Origin: Azolla caroliniana
Lineage: Eukaryota; Plantae; Polypodiophyta
Direction: 5' to 3'
DNA: 64,000 nt
Assembly (NCBI GenBank): GCA_043228905.1
Contig: JBHGNT010000003.1
Coordinates: 24,490,001-24,554,000, forward strand
Made by a program: the position numbers and the translations under genes. Shown piece after piece: positions 38,130 through 51,131 of this stretch; within the stretch, counting starts at the first letter, position 1, and the number at the start of each line of letters is the position of its first letter. The notes below the pieces were generated by a model. The model ran no database searches, had not been told where the DNA came from, and was given only the letters and a program-made list of their open reading frames with translations.

Positions 38130-41100
38130 TGTCATGAACACATGACCATTATGGTGTCACCCGAACTTGAACCTCAAACCTTGTAATCCATAATTGAAAA
38201 CCTCAACCATTAAGATAGCTTATTCTCATATGAGAATATAAAAGCTAATTTTTGTATTAGATTAATTATTGTAAAAACTCTAGATCATTCTAGAATGTCC
38301 TAGAACATTCTAGAACATTATACAAATCTCAAAGCTATTCTATAGGAACCTATAAATAAGGGCATACATGTATTCTCTAATCAATTCAAATCAACACCAG
38401 TCTTTAACTCTCATGACATATCTTGTCTCCATTCTCTTTCTTTTTCTATCTTAATACACCCATTCTTCTCTTAGCATTTCATTCCTTTCTTCTCGTGTTC
38501 CCTTAATATATCCTTCTTCCATCACTCTATCTTTTATTCTTGGTTCTGATAGTTTGATTCACGCGATTGGTTACTATAGGGATCTACAAAAGGTTACTAT
38601 AGAGAAGCAGCAACAACAAGAGGAGTTCACGCGATTGGTTCAACAGTTAGAGTCGACAATCGTAGTGTTACAACAACAAAGGGTTGACGGTCAAGGACTT
38701 ATCAAGGAGCCCAAAATCAGCCTCCTAGTTAAATTTGATGGTTTGAGGGCGCATTTCTGAGGTTTCTTGAATCAAGTACGGTTGGTGATTCAAATGCATC
38801 CCACACGTTATCTGACAGATGTATCACAAGTCGAGTTAGTGGGCACCTTATTGACTGGCATAACGTTGTCGTGGTTTGCTCCATTGCTAGAGACAAATTC
38901 TCCTCTAGTGAATAAATTTGAGGAATTTATCAAAGAATTTAAGGTTTGTTTCGGAGATACTGATGGGGCGAGAACATCTATCAACAAGATTCGTACACTA
39001 CGTCAAGGTGATCAGCCAACTTCGACATATGCAACCAATTTCCATCTCATCGCAAGTGATATTCCATGGGATGAACAAGCCCTAATGTAGCAATTCCGTT
39101 CAAGCCTTTGTAGTGATGTCAAAGACTTCTTACCTTCCTTGAGGATCCAAGGTCACTTACAGAAGCTATTAGTCGAGTAATACGGTGTGATAATCGCCTT
39201 TTTGAGCGTCGATGTGAGCGACAACAACAAATAACAAGATCAAGATTCACACCAACTTATGCATCAGTAACGGCGCAATCATCCCCAAGGCAAACATATA
39301 GCCCTGCTCCAACTCCAAGGCAAACACGTAGTTCAGTCCCAATGGATAGTCCTACACCCATGGAGATCGATATCACTCAATGATGAGGACCGTTGTCGGA
39401 CGAAGAGAAGCAACGACACCGAGCAAACCGTCTGTGCTTATATTGCGGAGGTCCAGGACATATAGCCATTCATTGCTCCCGTAGGTCGAGACGTCAGGTA
39501 AATCAAATTCACTATGACAATAAAAATGAGTTCAACATTTTAGAAGCAGTTAGTGAATCTAATATTATGAATAATCCACCATTGTCCAATAAATTTGAAG
39601 TCCTAAGCCAATTAGAAGAGGAGTCAAACGAATAAGTCAGGCCAAAATAGGAGCCATTTGGTTGGACAACCCTAGATATGTACAACCTATTGTGGGTTCC
39701 ATTTCTTCCAAGGATGTTAGTAGAGTCTTCTTAGCCCAAGTACAACTTAGGACACAGAGTTGTCAACTTCAAGTCCAAGCCCTCTTAGATACTGGAGCCA
39801 ATTTTGTTTCATGGATAGAGATTTTGCCCAAAAACACCAAATATCCTTGCATACACTTCCTTGTCCAATTTCCGTAGTACTGATTGATGGACGTCCCATA
39901 GCTTCTGGGAAGATATTCAAAGAGTCTAAGCCAATACACGTACTCTTAGGTGACTTAGGATGTGTAGTTTCCTTTAACATAATCTGTAGTCCGGAGCATC
40001 CAATTTTCCTCGGTTTGCCATGGTTCGAGCTACATAACCCTAGAATCGATTGGAGGAAGCGAGAAATTTTGGTGCCCTTCAGTAGAAAATATCATTGCCA
40101 AGGATCGAACTCAGGATTATTCTCTTGAAGAATATAGTTCTACCAATGTACCATCTCCTTTTCACCAATTTCAGCCATCACATTGCAACAATTGCACCAA
40201 ATGGGAGGCAAGGAGGACCTTTTCTTATTTGCACTATCAGTGACACCTTCTAGTGCCACTCAAGGGAATTCAGACATCCAAATTCCCAAAAAATATCAAG
40301 ACTATGCTGGTGTTTTCGACAAAGTCAAAGCTACTGTTCTTCCAAAGCATCGGTCATACGACTGTCCTATTGATCTCCAACCAGGAAAAGAGCCACCGTG
40401 GGGTCCGATTTACAATTTATCACCCACTGAGCTTGAGGTTCTTCGAGAATACATCGAGGAAAATCTTGCACATGGGTTTATTCGACATTTAAAGTCTCCA
40501 GCTGGTGCTCCTATCTTTTTTGTGAAGAAAAAGGACGGCTCCCTTCATTTGGTCGTGGACTATCGAGGCTTAAAAAAAGTCACCATAAGGAATAGGTATG
40601 CTCTACCTTTAATCTCTAGTCTCTTAGAACGCATTGGTGGGGCAAAGCATTTTACCAAAATTGATCTAAGGGGTGCATATAATCTTGTTTGAATTCGACC
40701 GGGAGATGAGTGGAAAATTGCATTTCGTACTCGGTATGGTCATTTCGAGTATACACTCATGCCTTTCGGGCTCACAAATGCACCTGCAGTATTTCAACAT
40801 ATGGCAAATGACATTTTCCAGGATTTCTTGGATATCTTTCTCATCATCTGCCTAGATGATTTGTTGATTTATTCTAAAACACATGTGGAGCATGATATAC
40901 ATGTGCGGAAAGTACTTGAAGGCCTAAGCAAGTATGGTCTTTATGCCAAACTTGAGAAATGCAATTTTGATTGCAAACAAGTCGAATTTTTGGGATACAC
41001 TCTTTCATCCATGTGTATTTTCATGGATTCGGCAAAAGTCCAAACAATATTGGATTGGAAACCCCCATGCTCAGTTCAGGACGTCTAGTGTTTCCTCGGA

Positions 41101-43666
41101 TTTGCGAACTTCTATCGCAAATTCATACATAATTATTCAAGCATTGTGTTGCCCCTCACCCAACTCACCAAGAAAAATCAAGCAGTTTTTTGGAGTATCG
41201 AAGCGGACAAGGCTTTTACTCAGTTGAATGAGGAATCCTAGCGCATATTGATCCTGAAAAGCCATTTACCATTCAGGCAGATGCGTCAGACTTCGCATTG
41301 GGGTGTATCCTATCGCAACCAGGCGAGGACGGGCAAACTCATCCAGTCGCGTTTCACTCGAGAAAATTTACTGTTTCGGAGATAAACAATGAGGTGCATG
41401 ACAAGGAGTTACTAGCTGTGGTCGACTCATTCGAGCAATGGCACCATTTTCTAGAAGGATCGCCTCATCAGATTATCATTTATAGTGATCACAAAAATCT
41501 CACAAATTTTCAAACTGCTCAAGTATTAAATAGATGACAAGCTCAGTGGGCCCAATTTCTAACGCGTTTCGATTTCAAGATCATTTTTCGCCCCGGAAAA
41601 CAACAAGGGAAAGCAAATGCCTCGACGTTTGTATCTAGCTCTTCGACCTAGAGATCCGGCCTTTGACAATCAAAAACAGATTCTCCTCAGGCCATCAAAG
41701 CTACAGGCAACAACAATTTATGCCACGCCACTTGATTCTAGCCTTCTTCACACTATTCGGCAACAACTTCACTTTGATGATTTCACTAAGGATGTCTTAG
41801 CCCACATTGGTTCAAGCCGTCCATCTTGCTCCACATTGCAAGGGTCATCTCAACATTATCAGGACTTCAAGTGGCAAGATGGCTTACTCTTCTACAAGAA
41901 TCTCCTTTACGTCCCTAATGGATCACCCCGACTTCAAGTGTTAGAACATTGTCATAATGCCCCCATGGCTGGACATTTTGGTATTGCCAAGACCATTGAG
42001 CTGGTGAAACGTTCGTTTTGGTGGCGTTACATGCAAAAATTTGTCGAAGATTACGTTCGCACATGTGACACCTACTGTCACGCCAAAATACCCATGCATC
42101 ATCCTGATGGCTTACTACAACCATTACCACCTCCCAGCAAGCCATGGCAATCTATTTCTATGGATTTCATTACGGATCTGCCACCTTCCAAAGGCTTTGA
42201 TAGTATTTTAACAGTAGTGGATCGGTTCACAAAGATGGCACATTTTGTACTGTGTGTAAAGACCATTAGTAGTGAAGAAACTGCATATCTCATTATGTGT
42301 GAGGTGTTTCGCCATCATGGTCTCACAAATGATATTATTAGCGATCGAGGTCCTCAATTTATCTCACACTTTTGGAAGCACCTATGGGCAAGCCTCAAAA
42401 TCTCCTGCAAACTCTCTTTGGCTTATCATCCACAAACTGATGGACAAACAAAGCGCACAAATCAAACACTCGAGCAATATCTTCGATGCTTCATCAATTA
42501 TCAACAAGATGATTGGAGCAATATTTTACATCTTGCCGAGTTTGCATACAAAAACACAGTACACTCTTCTACCAAAGCTACACCTTTCTTTGCCTACACT
42601 AGCAACCACCCTCGATGGTGTATCATAGATCTCCCTCAGGTGTCACGAAACCCTAGTGTGGCGCATCACCTCCACCAACTACAACAAATTCAATTTGAGT
42701 TATCTTCACATCTTCAAAAAGCGCAAGCACACCATAAGACCAATGTCGATCGGCATCGCTTAAGTCTCCTTTAAGGGTGGTGACTGAGTATGGTTGCTTC
42801 GTCGTCACATCAAGACTACCCGCTTGTGTGCTAAGCTCGATTATCAACGCTTAGGTCCTTTTGTCATCATAGCGCGGATTAATGATGCAACATTTTGTCT
42901 TAACCTTCCTGCACATATGCGGCGTCACCCAGTCTTTCATAGCTCTCTTTTGGAACCTTGCCGCACCTCTTTAATTCCTAATCGTGTCATACCACCACCG
43001 CCTTCCATCCAACTGGTTGACGGCCCCGAATACGCGGTAGCTTCTATTCTCGATTCTAAGATTGTGCGCAATAAGCTTTATTATCTAGTTGATTGGCTTG
43101 GCTATCCTCCAAGTGATCGCAGTTGGGAACCTGTCAATAACATTTGTAATGTTCAAGCTCTTGTCGACGACTTCCATCGCCACTATCCAAACAAACCCGG
43201 CCCTACAATGTTAACGCCGACTTCCACTCGACGTTCTTGAAGGAGGGATAGTGTCATGAACACGTGACCATTATGGCGTCACCCGGACTTGAACCTCGAA
43301 CCTTGTAATCCATAATTGAAAACCTCAGCCATTAAGATAGCTTATTGTCATATGAGAGAATAAAAGCTACTTTTTGTATTAGATTGATTATTGTAAAAAC
43401 TCTAGATCATTCTAGAATGTTCTAGAATGTCCTAGAACATTCCAGGTCTAGAACATTATATAAATCTCTAAGTTATTCTATAGGAACCTATAAATAAGGG
43501 CATACATGTATTCTCAAATCAATTTCGAATCAACACCAGTCTTTAGCTCTCATTACATATCTTATATCCATTCTCTTTCTTTCTTCTCTTAGCATTTCGT
43601 TCTTCTCTTCTTGTATTCCCTTATATCCTTCTTCCATTACTCTATCTTTTATTCGTGGTTCTGACA
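38130..43666 (+). mobile_element. Complete, decayed Ty3/gypsy chromovirus (Tcn1-like)
   Basis: LTRs 38130-38551 and 43252-43666 (TGTCATGAAC...CTGACA), perfect TSD TATGT, PPT GAAGGAGGGATAG 43239-43251. Gag (PMEID, LCLYCGGPGHIAIHC), PR (LLDTGA), RT (DLRGAYNL, MPFGLTNAP, LDD), RNase H (DASDFA), INT (SMDFITDLP, SDRGPQF, GPF) and chromodomain (YLVDWLGYPPSDRSWEP). Many stops and frameshifts. Confidence 0.95.
43410..43442 (+). promoter_or_regulatory. Heat-shock-element-like array in the chromovirus 3' LTR (counterpart at 38288-38321 in the 5' LTR)
   Basis: TTCtaGAAtgTTCtaGAAtgTCCtaGAAcaTTC forms alternating nTTCn/nGAAn pentamers ~50-80 bp upstream of TATAAATA (43489). Confidence 0.7.
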
Positions 43667-44379
43667 TATGTCATATGACATACTTCTTTATAAAAAGCCC
43701 GTCAAAAAACTTTAATACCCCAATATATATACAAGCCACCTTGTATAGCCTTTCTATAAAAATGTTTGACTCCTAACTAATGGGAAAGTAGCTCCTTTTC
43801 AATTATATATGTAGATATATAGAGCCCTTTTTTGGGAGTTCGATGACTATTCTTTATTTACCCCTATTGTTCCCATTTCAAGTATATTCATTATCAAATG
43901 CTTGCCCAAATGAATAATAGTAAGATTATGTCCTTTAGTTTTGAGGATACAAACATTGATTTACACCACTCATGCACATTAGGGAGAGTGACAAACCTAT
44001 TTCCCATAATTCACCTACCTTAAAGAAGGCAAAACAGTGAGTCGTGAAGAATTACTGTGTGTTTGCACAACTTTCATTCAGTTTGGACGTAAGCCTAATA
44101 AATATTATACACCCCATATTTGACACCTCTCTTTATAGAAGGATGAACCTTGCGACATTAACAACCAACTATTGGCACTAATACCATGTGTGAAGAATGC
44201 ATCTTGATGAATGTCATACACCGTTGACTATCGAGCATGGATGTTTATCCTCCTTGAACATTTTTGCATCCACAAGGTTTCAATGTTGATTGAAAGTTTG
44301 GTTGATGCCAATCCCCGATTATTGGAACAAAAATGATCAAATGTTGAAATGCTGGTAGTCGGGCATGTAATACCATATT

Positions 44380-45750
44380 TATGCTTGCTAGGTTTAAAGG
44401 AGTGTTAGAAGGTACTCCTTCCTAACAAGTCCTTGCATGACTCCTTGAACTGGTGTTGCACAAATGGAGTCCCACCCAAGATGGCATGTCATCCGAAGGA
44501 TAGGGCAACGAACTCCATCTTGTGGGCATGGGGTCACATGCAATAACATTTGGTCAAGCACAACAAGGAGACACTAATTAAATGGACTAGACAACCACTA
44601 TTTTGGAATCCACATGTGCAAACAAGTGATGACATGATAATAGGGCAGCTCAAGGGCCTAGCGTGGGGAAAGATGGTGCAAACATGGCTCCATTCTATAG
44701 GCAATTGGAGACGCATGGTGGGACGAAGGAGGACCTAGTCCCTCCCCTCAATGGAGCTAAGAAAATGTGGAGACTGATTGCAGAGGCAGTTGACATGGTT
44801 CATGTGGGGGATGAGAGCGGAGATACATGGCTCAGTCTCTTTGATGAGGCTGGAATAATTCATCTGTTGAAGGGCATGAGCAGATCTGGAGGGGCTACAT
44901 TATTTGGGGAGAGCCAGAGTAGTGGCACCTAGCACCCGATCCACGTGGTGGCAAAGGCTGGCAACAACTGGAAGATGCACCCTAACATTGCTAAGTTGGA
45001 ACCCCACTAGAATGGGACCCAAGGGTTTTCAGGTGGAAACATAACGATAGACTACGCCACTTCTTCAATTACATCACTAAATTGGGCAAAGTTATACAAA
45101 TGCAGTGGGAAAGTCCCCTACACAATGGTTGGTGGACATTGGGCATCTCTGATGAGGTGCATGATACCTTCTGGAAGGGTCTCAAGCGTCTCCACATGCG
45201 TATTAAGAAGATCAAGCAATTTTGGTGGTTAATCGGCCTTAACATGGTCTTAGTTAGCAAATGGCTAGGTAAACAAGGAGGCCCGATAGCTTGCCCACTC
45301 TGTTTTGCACCTATCGAGACTTTGAAACAATGTTTGTGGGATTGTCGTCAAGCTCAAAGCGTCTGGGAAAAGGTGACTTGCCTCCTAGCTGCCTGCGAAG
45401 TGGAAGGGACAGCATCGTGCAGTGCAACGACCTGGATCATTCCCATGGTTGATAGTTGGACAAACGCCTTCAACGCAAGCAGTTGGTGCTATGAATGCAC
45501 AAGAGGTAAACTCGTCAAGACCCATTTTGTGAGAGGCCTGAAGACCGCATCCCCTCGTTTCCATGAGATTTGGATGTTGATCGTTAGCTTCACCCTCTGG
45601 CATGTGTGGAAAGCACGTTGCCTAAAGGTCTTCCAAGATCTAGTGTGCCCCCCGGAGGAAATGATCGTCGATATTTTGTTTGCAATTATCAGCTGCCTAT
45701 GAGGGCAGTTCGACAAGGTTTGCGATCACTGCAACAACGTTTTAACTTGC
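44380..45750 (+). mobile_element. Decayed L1/Tx1-like LINE 3' fragment
   Basis: WTRQPLFWNPHV, CPLC...ETLKQCLWDC and FTLWHVWKARC are homologous to the C-terminal ORF2 of the other two L1-like copies. Confidence 0.8.
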
Positions 45751-48003
45751 CATGTCGATAGATCACCTTAAAACTTTCATAGTAATATTTTTGAAACCCC
45801 TTATTTATTTTTCTCATTATAATGTTATTGAGTTCTCTATTGTTAGAATTATAATTGACTACATGTAAAGTTGCATGTGCACATGCCACACAAAGTTTCT
45901 TTAGCAAAGAATTATGTCATTGGTGCCTAGAACTGGCAAAACTAATTTATGTTGATGTAATAGCACAACTAAAGACAATTTCCATTAAACTAATGGTTTT
46001 GCATATGCAATGCATTACCATAAAATATATCCTACTGTATGGTTTGAGTGCATCCACACATACTCTCACAAAGCACATTAGTTATGTAACATGTTTCCAA
46101 ATAGTTTGTCAACAAAGCATGTGCAATTGCTAAACAAACTCGTCAGGAAACAACTACACTTATGTTAGATTTTGAATTTAAGGCCTATGATAAGGTCAAT
46201 TGGTCGTTCTTAGATAAAATATTGAAAACAATTGAATTCTCGAATAGGTGGATCCAAGGGATATGGACATTGTATAAATCTACAAGAAGCTATGTACTAA
46301 TTGCAAGACATATGGGACAAGGTTTTGAAATAACTCATTCGGTAAGGCGAGGATGCCCACTTTCCTTGTACCTATTCATTTTATATGTGAAGTCTCTTTC
46401 AACAAGTTTACGAGCTATTGATCCCCATATTAAAGGCCTGCAAATTCTAGGGCATGATAAAGAGTTGATCATATCTACTTTCGCTGATGATATGATGTTG
46501 TTTGTCAATGGGATGCAGGAAAACCTCTACAGATGTGAAATTTTGATTAACAGTTTTTGCAGAGTTTCAAGGGCCAAGATAAATTGGCACAAGTCCAAGG
46601 GCTAGTGGACAGGAGGCAAGAAACAAGAGTGGTACCCGCACCCTAACTTTTGCTGGCTGTGAACAAAAGTTGCAACCAGATACTTAGGTTTGTGGATAGG
46701 AATTAATATTCCCATGAGTATGCAACTAGAGGGGTCATAGCGCTCAATAAGAAATAAGCTGAAATACTGGAGTTCTGCTCAGCTCTCTCACTAGCGGGAA
46801 GAGTACTCATAGCAAATCAGATATTGCATGCAACCATGTGACATACACTGTCATGTTGGATCTTTGATAGGAATAGTATACCTAGTATAAAATTTTATAT
46901 TTTCATATTTCTATGGGCAAGCAAATCGGAGGGTAAAGTGGCAACCAAAGTTGCATGGAAGAAAATAACACAATGCAAGAAAGAGGGAAGCCTTGCACTC
47001 ATCAATCCAGAAACTCAGAGCAAAGCATTATTGGGCAAATTAGTAGTAAGGAGTCTACTCCTTGGCAAGGAAATTTGGAAAGTGTTGATGAGGTGTCGAT
47101 TTGATATATGGTCTCCTAGAACGGGAGGCAAATTGTTGGTAGTAAACATATGGCTCTTTATACAAGAAATGAAGCTCAAATCTTCCAAAGCGCCTAAAGA
47201 TTGTTTGATGCTCTCCATCATGGCTGCTTGGAAGACGCTTAGGGAGGAAATACATTGGAGGCAACATCATCTCCCATGGAGTGGGCTCACCAACCTCTTC
47301 TATGGAATCCTAACATTACAAATGTTAGTGACAAAATGTTTGGAATTGATGTGGGACTTCCTTGGGTAGGTTTTGAAAAGCAATGGTGGCCCACAGTGGC
47401 TAAGTGGTGGGAACACCAACAAGAAATCGGTAACATAATGGAAACTGCCAATAAAAAATGGAAGAAAATGATTACACTCATAAAAAATTCTATGTGGATG
47501 TATCCTTGGGAAGTTCATGTGGCAGAACATGGCTTTGAGGGATGTAATGGTTGGGGCGCTTTAATGCCAGAGGGTATATTCAAGACATCAAACGAGATAA
47601 TGCAGATGCTGAGAGCTCTACTACAATGTTAGAATTTCAGGAATGGATGCCCATTAGAGTGCTTCCTAGGTGCAAAAGAAAATGGGAAGTAGACCCAAAC
47701 AGATGCAAAAACGATGCAGCTTCTAAAATCTAGATCTTGGAGGATGCATGCCGGAAGAACTTGGCAAACTTAGTGTGGGATGGAAAACTCCAAAATGTAA
47801 TATTCAAATTTTCCATTATTCATCTAAATTTGATCGGAGTATTCTACATCACAAGAACTTGGAGCAAGAGGGCCTCTCTAACAACTGGATCAGGGAAGAA
47901 TTGGATGATGATTTCCTAAGACAATACTGGAAACAATTATGGGCCACAAAGATTACCGGAAAAATAAAAGCTTTCTTATGGTTATGTAACCACATATCTC
48001 TTC

Positions 48004-48418
48004 TGAAAAGAATGGCGTGCAGAAGCAATATAGGAAAACCGAACAACAGAAAACGCAGGTTTTAATGGAAAGCTTAGGTTTGCACAGTACGCACACGAGA
48101 GACAGAGAGAGAGTAACACAAGAACTTAAATTCGAAAATAATACTCAAATCTGTACATAGGATGTGCTCAGTGAGCACTTTTATACAAGCCCTGACAATG
48201 GGCTGACACAAGTACTGACAGTACTTGACTGCTCATAAATTAGCCTCGACACTTACTCCCAAAACTATTCCTTACGAGGAATATCTTTCTAACGGCCTTT
48301 CGGTCTATGCACCGATACGGCCTTTCTACGCACCGGTCTGCGTACCGGTTTTGTGCACCCAGTCTACGCATTGGTAACGCATCGTATTACGCACAAATGT
48401 TGAGCTTGTCTCTCAACA
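48004..48418 (-). mobile_element. Solo LTR (415 bp)
   Basis: TG...CA termini with perfect TSD TCTTC (47999-48003 and 48419-48423). The LINE reading HISL|P resumes after it. Orientation inferred from a TATA-like motif on the minus strand. Confidence 0.8.
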
Positions 48419-48993
48419 TCTTCCAATAGATGCTTCATTGCAAAAAAAAAGGGAATTGATGGGAAATGCAAGTTGCGCTCTTTTGGACTAGAATCTTTAG
48501 AACATTACTTATGGGAATGCTCTCATTACTTATAAAAAGAAACCAATTCTTTGAGGATTAGGCGGGGACGCTATCTACCTCGATGAAGACCTGACCAAGA
48601 TGCAAATTGAGCATCGTAAAACTTGTATGCCGCGAGTCATACAAGCTCGTAAAGAGGGGCATCGTGCTTTTTACCGACACGGACATATGATAATAACTGA
48701 TTGTGCCGCCAATTGACGACGTGTGGCCCATGTGACAGACAATAAACTTAGGATGACTTTATGGAACTGTAACGGTGCACTTTGGACACACCCTGGCTGT
48801 CTAGAGGAGATTTTGAAGGTATCTAACATACTTTTTTTAGTAGAAACAGATCAAAGCCCAAATCGAGGACTGCCACAAGTTAATGGTTTTCGTTTGGAAT
48901 CTGTCTTTAGACAAACCTCACGTCGACATACTACTAGAGGGTCTGGAGGGGTTGCGATACTATTTCAGAGAGAGATACATAATAGGATAGAAA

Positions 48994-49080
48994 TGTTGGG
49001 GACAAGGGTCGTCAATGCGGAAGATCAGGTAGCATTCGATTAGGGTTTGAGTACCTGCGTATGACAGAATGCAAGATCGT

Positions 49081-49117
<37 letters not shown>

Positions 49118-51099
49118 CACAAAAGACTTTCTATTCGATAAAAACAATAATACAACCAACCTTACTAAAAGGTTACAAGGTCACTATATATAGTGACCGA
49201 CTTAGGGCAACTACCCTTTATGCTAATTACACAAATGGCCCAAGCTTGAGCTATACAAAAGGGATAGTGTGAATACGTCCATTATACACTTGTATTCGAC
49301 ACTCCCCCGTAATGGGCGTATACATGGGTTGTCTAAGATTACAGGTATGAGCCTAGGTTCTCGGGCATATCAGTTTTGTTCGAGTCGGCAGGGTCCGAAG
49401 GCAGAAGACCGGACTGGTCGGGTCGGAAGAGTTGAAGCCGATCATTAAGGAACTGATGTCGGTTGTCCGAAACCATCCTGCGCTGTGTCCGGCTCTAACC
49501 GGACTGGTTTGTCGTTACGCCCATCTGATGCCGAAGGGACCGAAAGCAGTCTGCCGAAAGACACTTGGTCATTCCATCTGCGACATTGTCGGTTGTGGAT
49601 ATTTTCTCCAGACCGATTTTCCCTGAAATGACGCAGTCCCGAACGAAGTGATATCGAACGTCGATATGTTTGGAGGCGTTGTGGTGAACCGGATTTCTCG
49701 ACAGGGCAACAGCACCTTGACTGTCGCTATAGACAACTGGAGCCGAGTCATGGTCGACTTGCCGAAACGTGTGCGCTCGTGACTTCGGAGTATTTAACAG
49801 CCGTGGTTGACGCGTTGCACACAGTTGTGACGAAAGTTTCCCATGATGAGGGAAGGCTGCTCATGAGTATCATTGCTCTGAGTTCATCCTCGATTGCCGT
49901 CCCCTGAGATGAGATTTGGGAGCTTATGCTTTCGTACTCATTGAGATGTGCTTGAACCGAATCGGATTCTTTCATCCGCAAGTTGTAGAGGCGCCGGATC
50001 AGAAACATCTTTGTTGCAGCGACCTTCTTTTCGTAGGTGTCCGACAGTGTTTTCCACAGTTCGAATGCTGTCGTACACGATTGCACCGTAAAGTATACCG
50101 ATTCCAATAGGTGCATCCGAATCGTGGCGCGGACGATTCTGTCCAGCTTCTGCCACTCAATTGGTTTGTATCCTTCTGGAGGTTCTTCATTTTTTATGGG
50201 ATCGATTTGCCCCTTGACTATGAGATAGTCCTGCATTTGCTCCTTCCAGAAGTTGAAGTTCGATCCATCGAACTTTCGTAGACTCATTTCTGACGAGCCG
50301 GATGTTGATGCCATCAAATTTGGTTTCGGTTGACGAAGCTCGGTTCGGAGTTGACTATGAACCTTGTTGGAGTGCAGCCGGTTGGCTCACCCGATATCGT
50401 TCTAGTCGGATTTGAACCCGAGTCGGTTCGGCTTCGGATATATGTATTGTTGAACTTGCTCGAATTGACTCCGGTAACTTGAGGGACAGAACCGACTGGT
50501 CTTCCCGAATGTTGCCGAGTCGGAGTGAGCCCGGTTCGCTTCCGAATATATATGCCGAATACCGATTATTGAAACCGATTATCTGGACCGATTCTGCTTC
50601 AGTTGACTGCAGCGACGAGAGAGATGGATCCAACTGATCCTCCCGAATGTCGATCAGCCAGATGAAGCACGAATTTGGGTTGTTGTCTTGAGACCGATCT
50701 GCACCGAGTGGTTACAATGAGCGGCGAGCAGCGTTTGATGACCTCTTCGGATGCCGTTTAACCGAGTGGAGCACGATCGTGTCAATGTTGTACAAGGGGA
50801 TTTCACCTCGAGCGGTTATGATCACAAGGAACAGAGTACAACTGGCTGGTTTACTCCAAGCGAAGATGATCTAACGCGATGAGATGCAAGCCTCGTTTTT
50901 CTTCTTCTCTCTTCTTCGAATGACACAGGAAACCGAATGCTGTGCAGGCTGAGACGACGGCCGACAGCGGATTGAAGGACCGAATACCGTGCAGGCTCTG
51001 ATACCAGATGTTGGGGACAAGGGTCGTCAATGCGGAAGATCAGGTAGCATTCGATTAGGGTTTGAGTACCTGCGTATGACAGAATGCAAGATCGTGCAC

Positions 51100-51131
<32 letters not shown>

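Noticed and set aside
49524-49560. Hammerhead-like CTGATG...CGAAA on the plus strand
   Set aside because: The core reads CTGATGC, stem II is poor, and the segment is the antisense of copia RNase H coding sequence.
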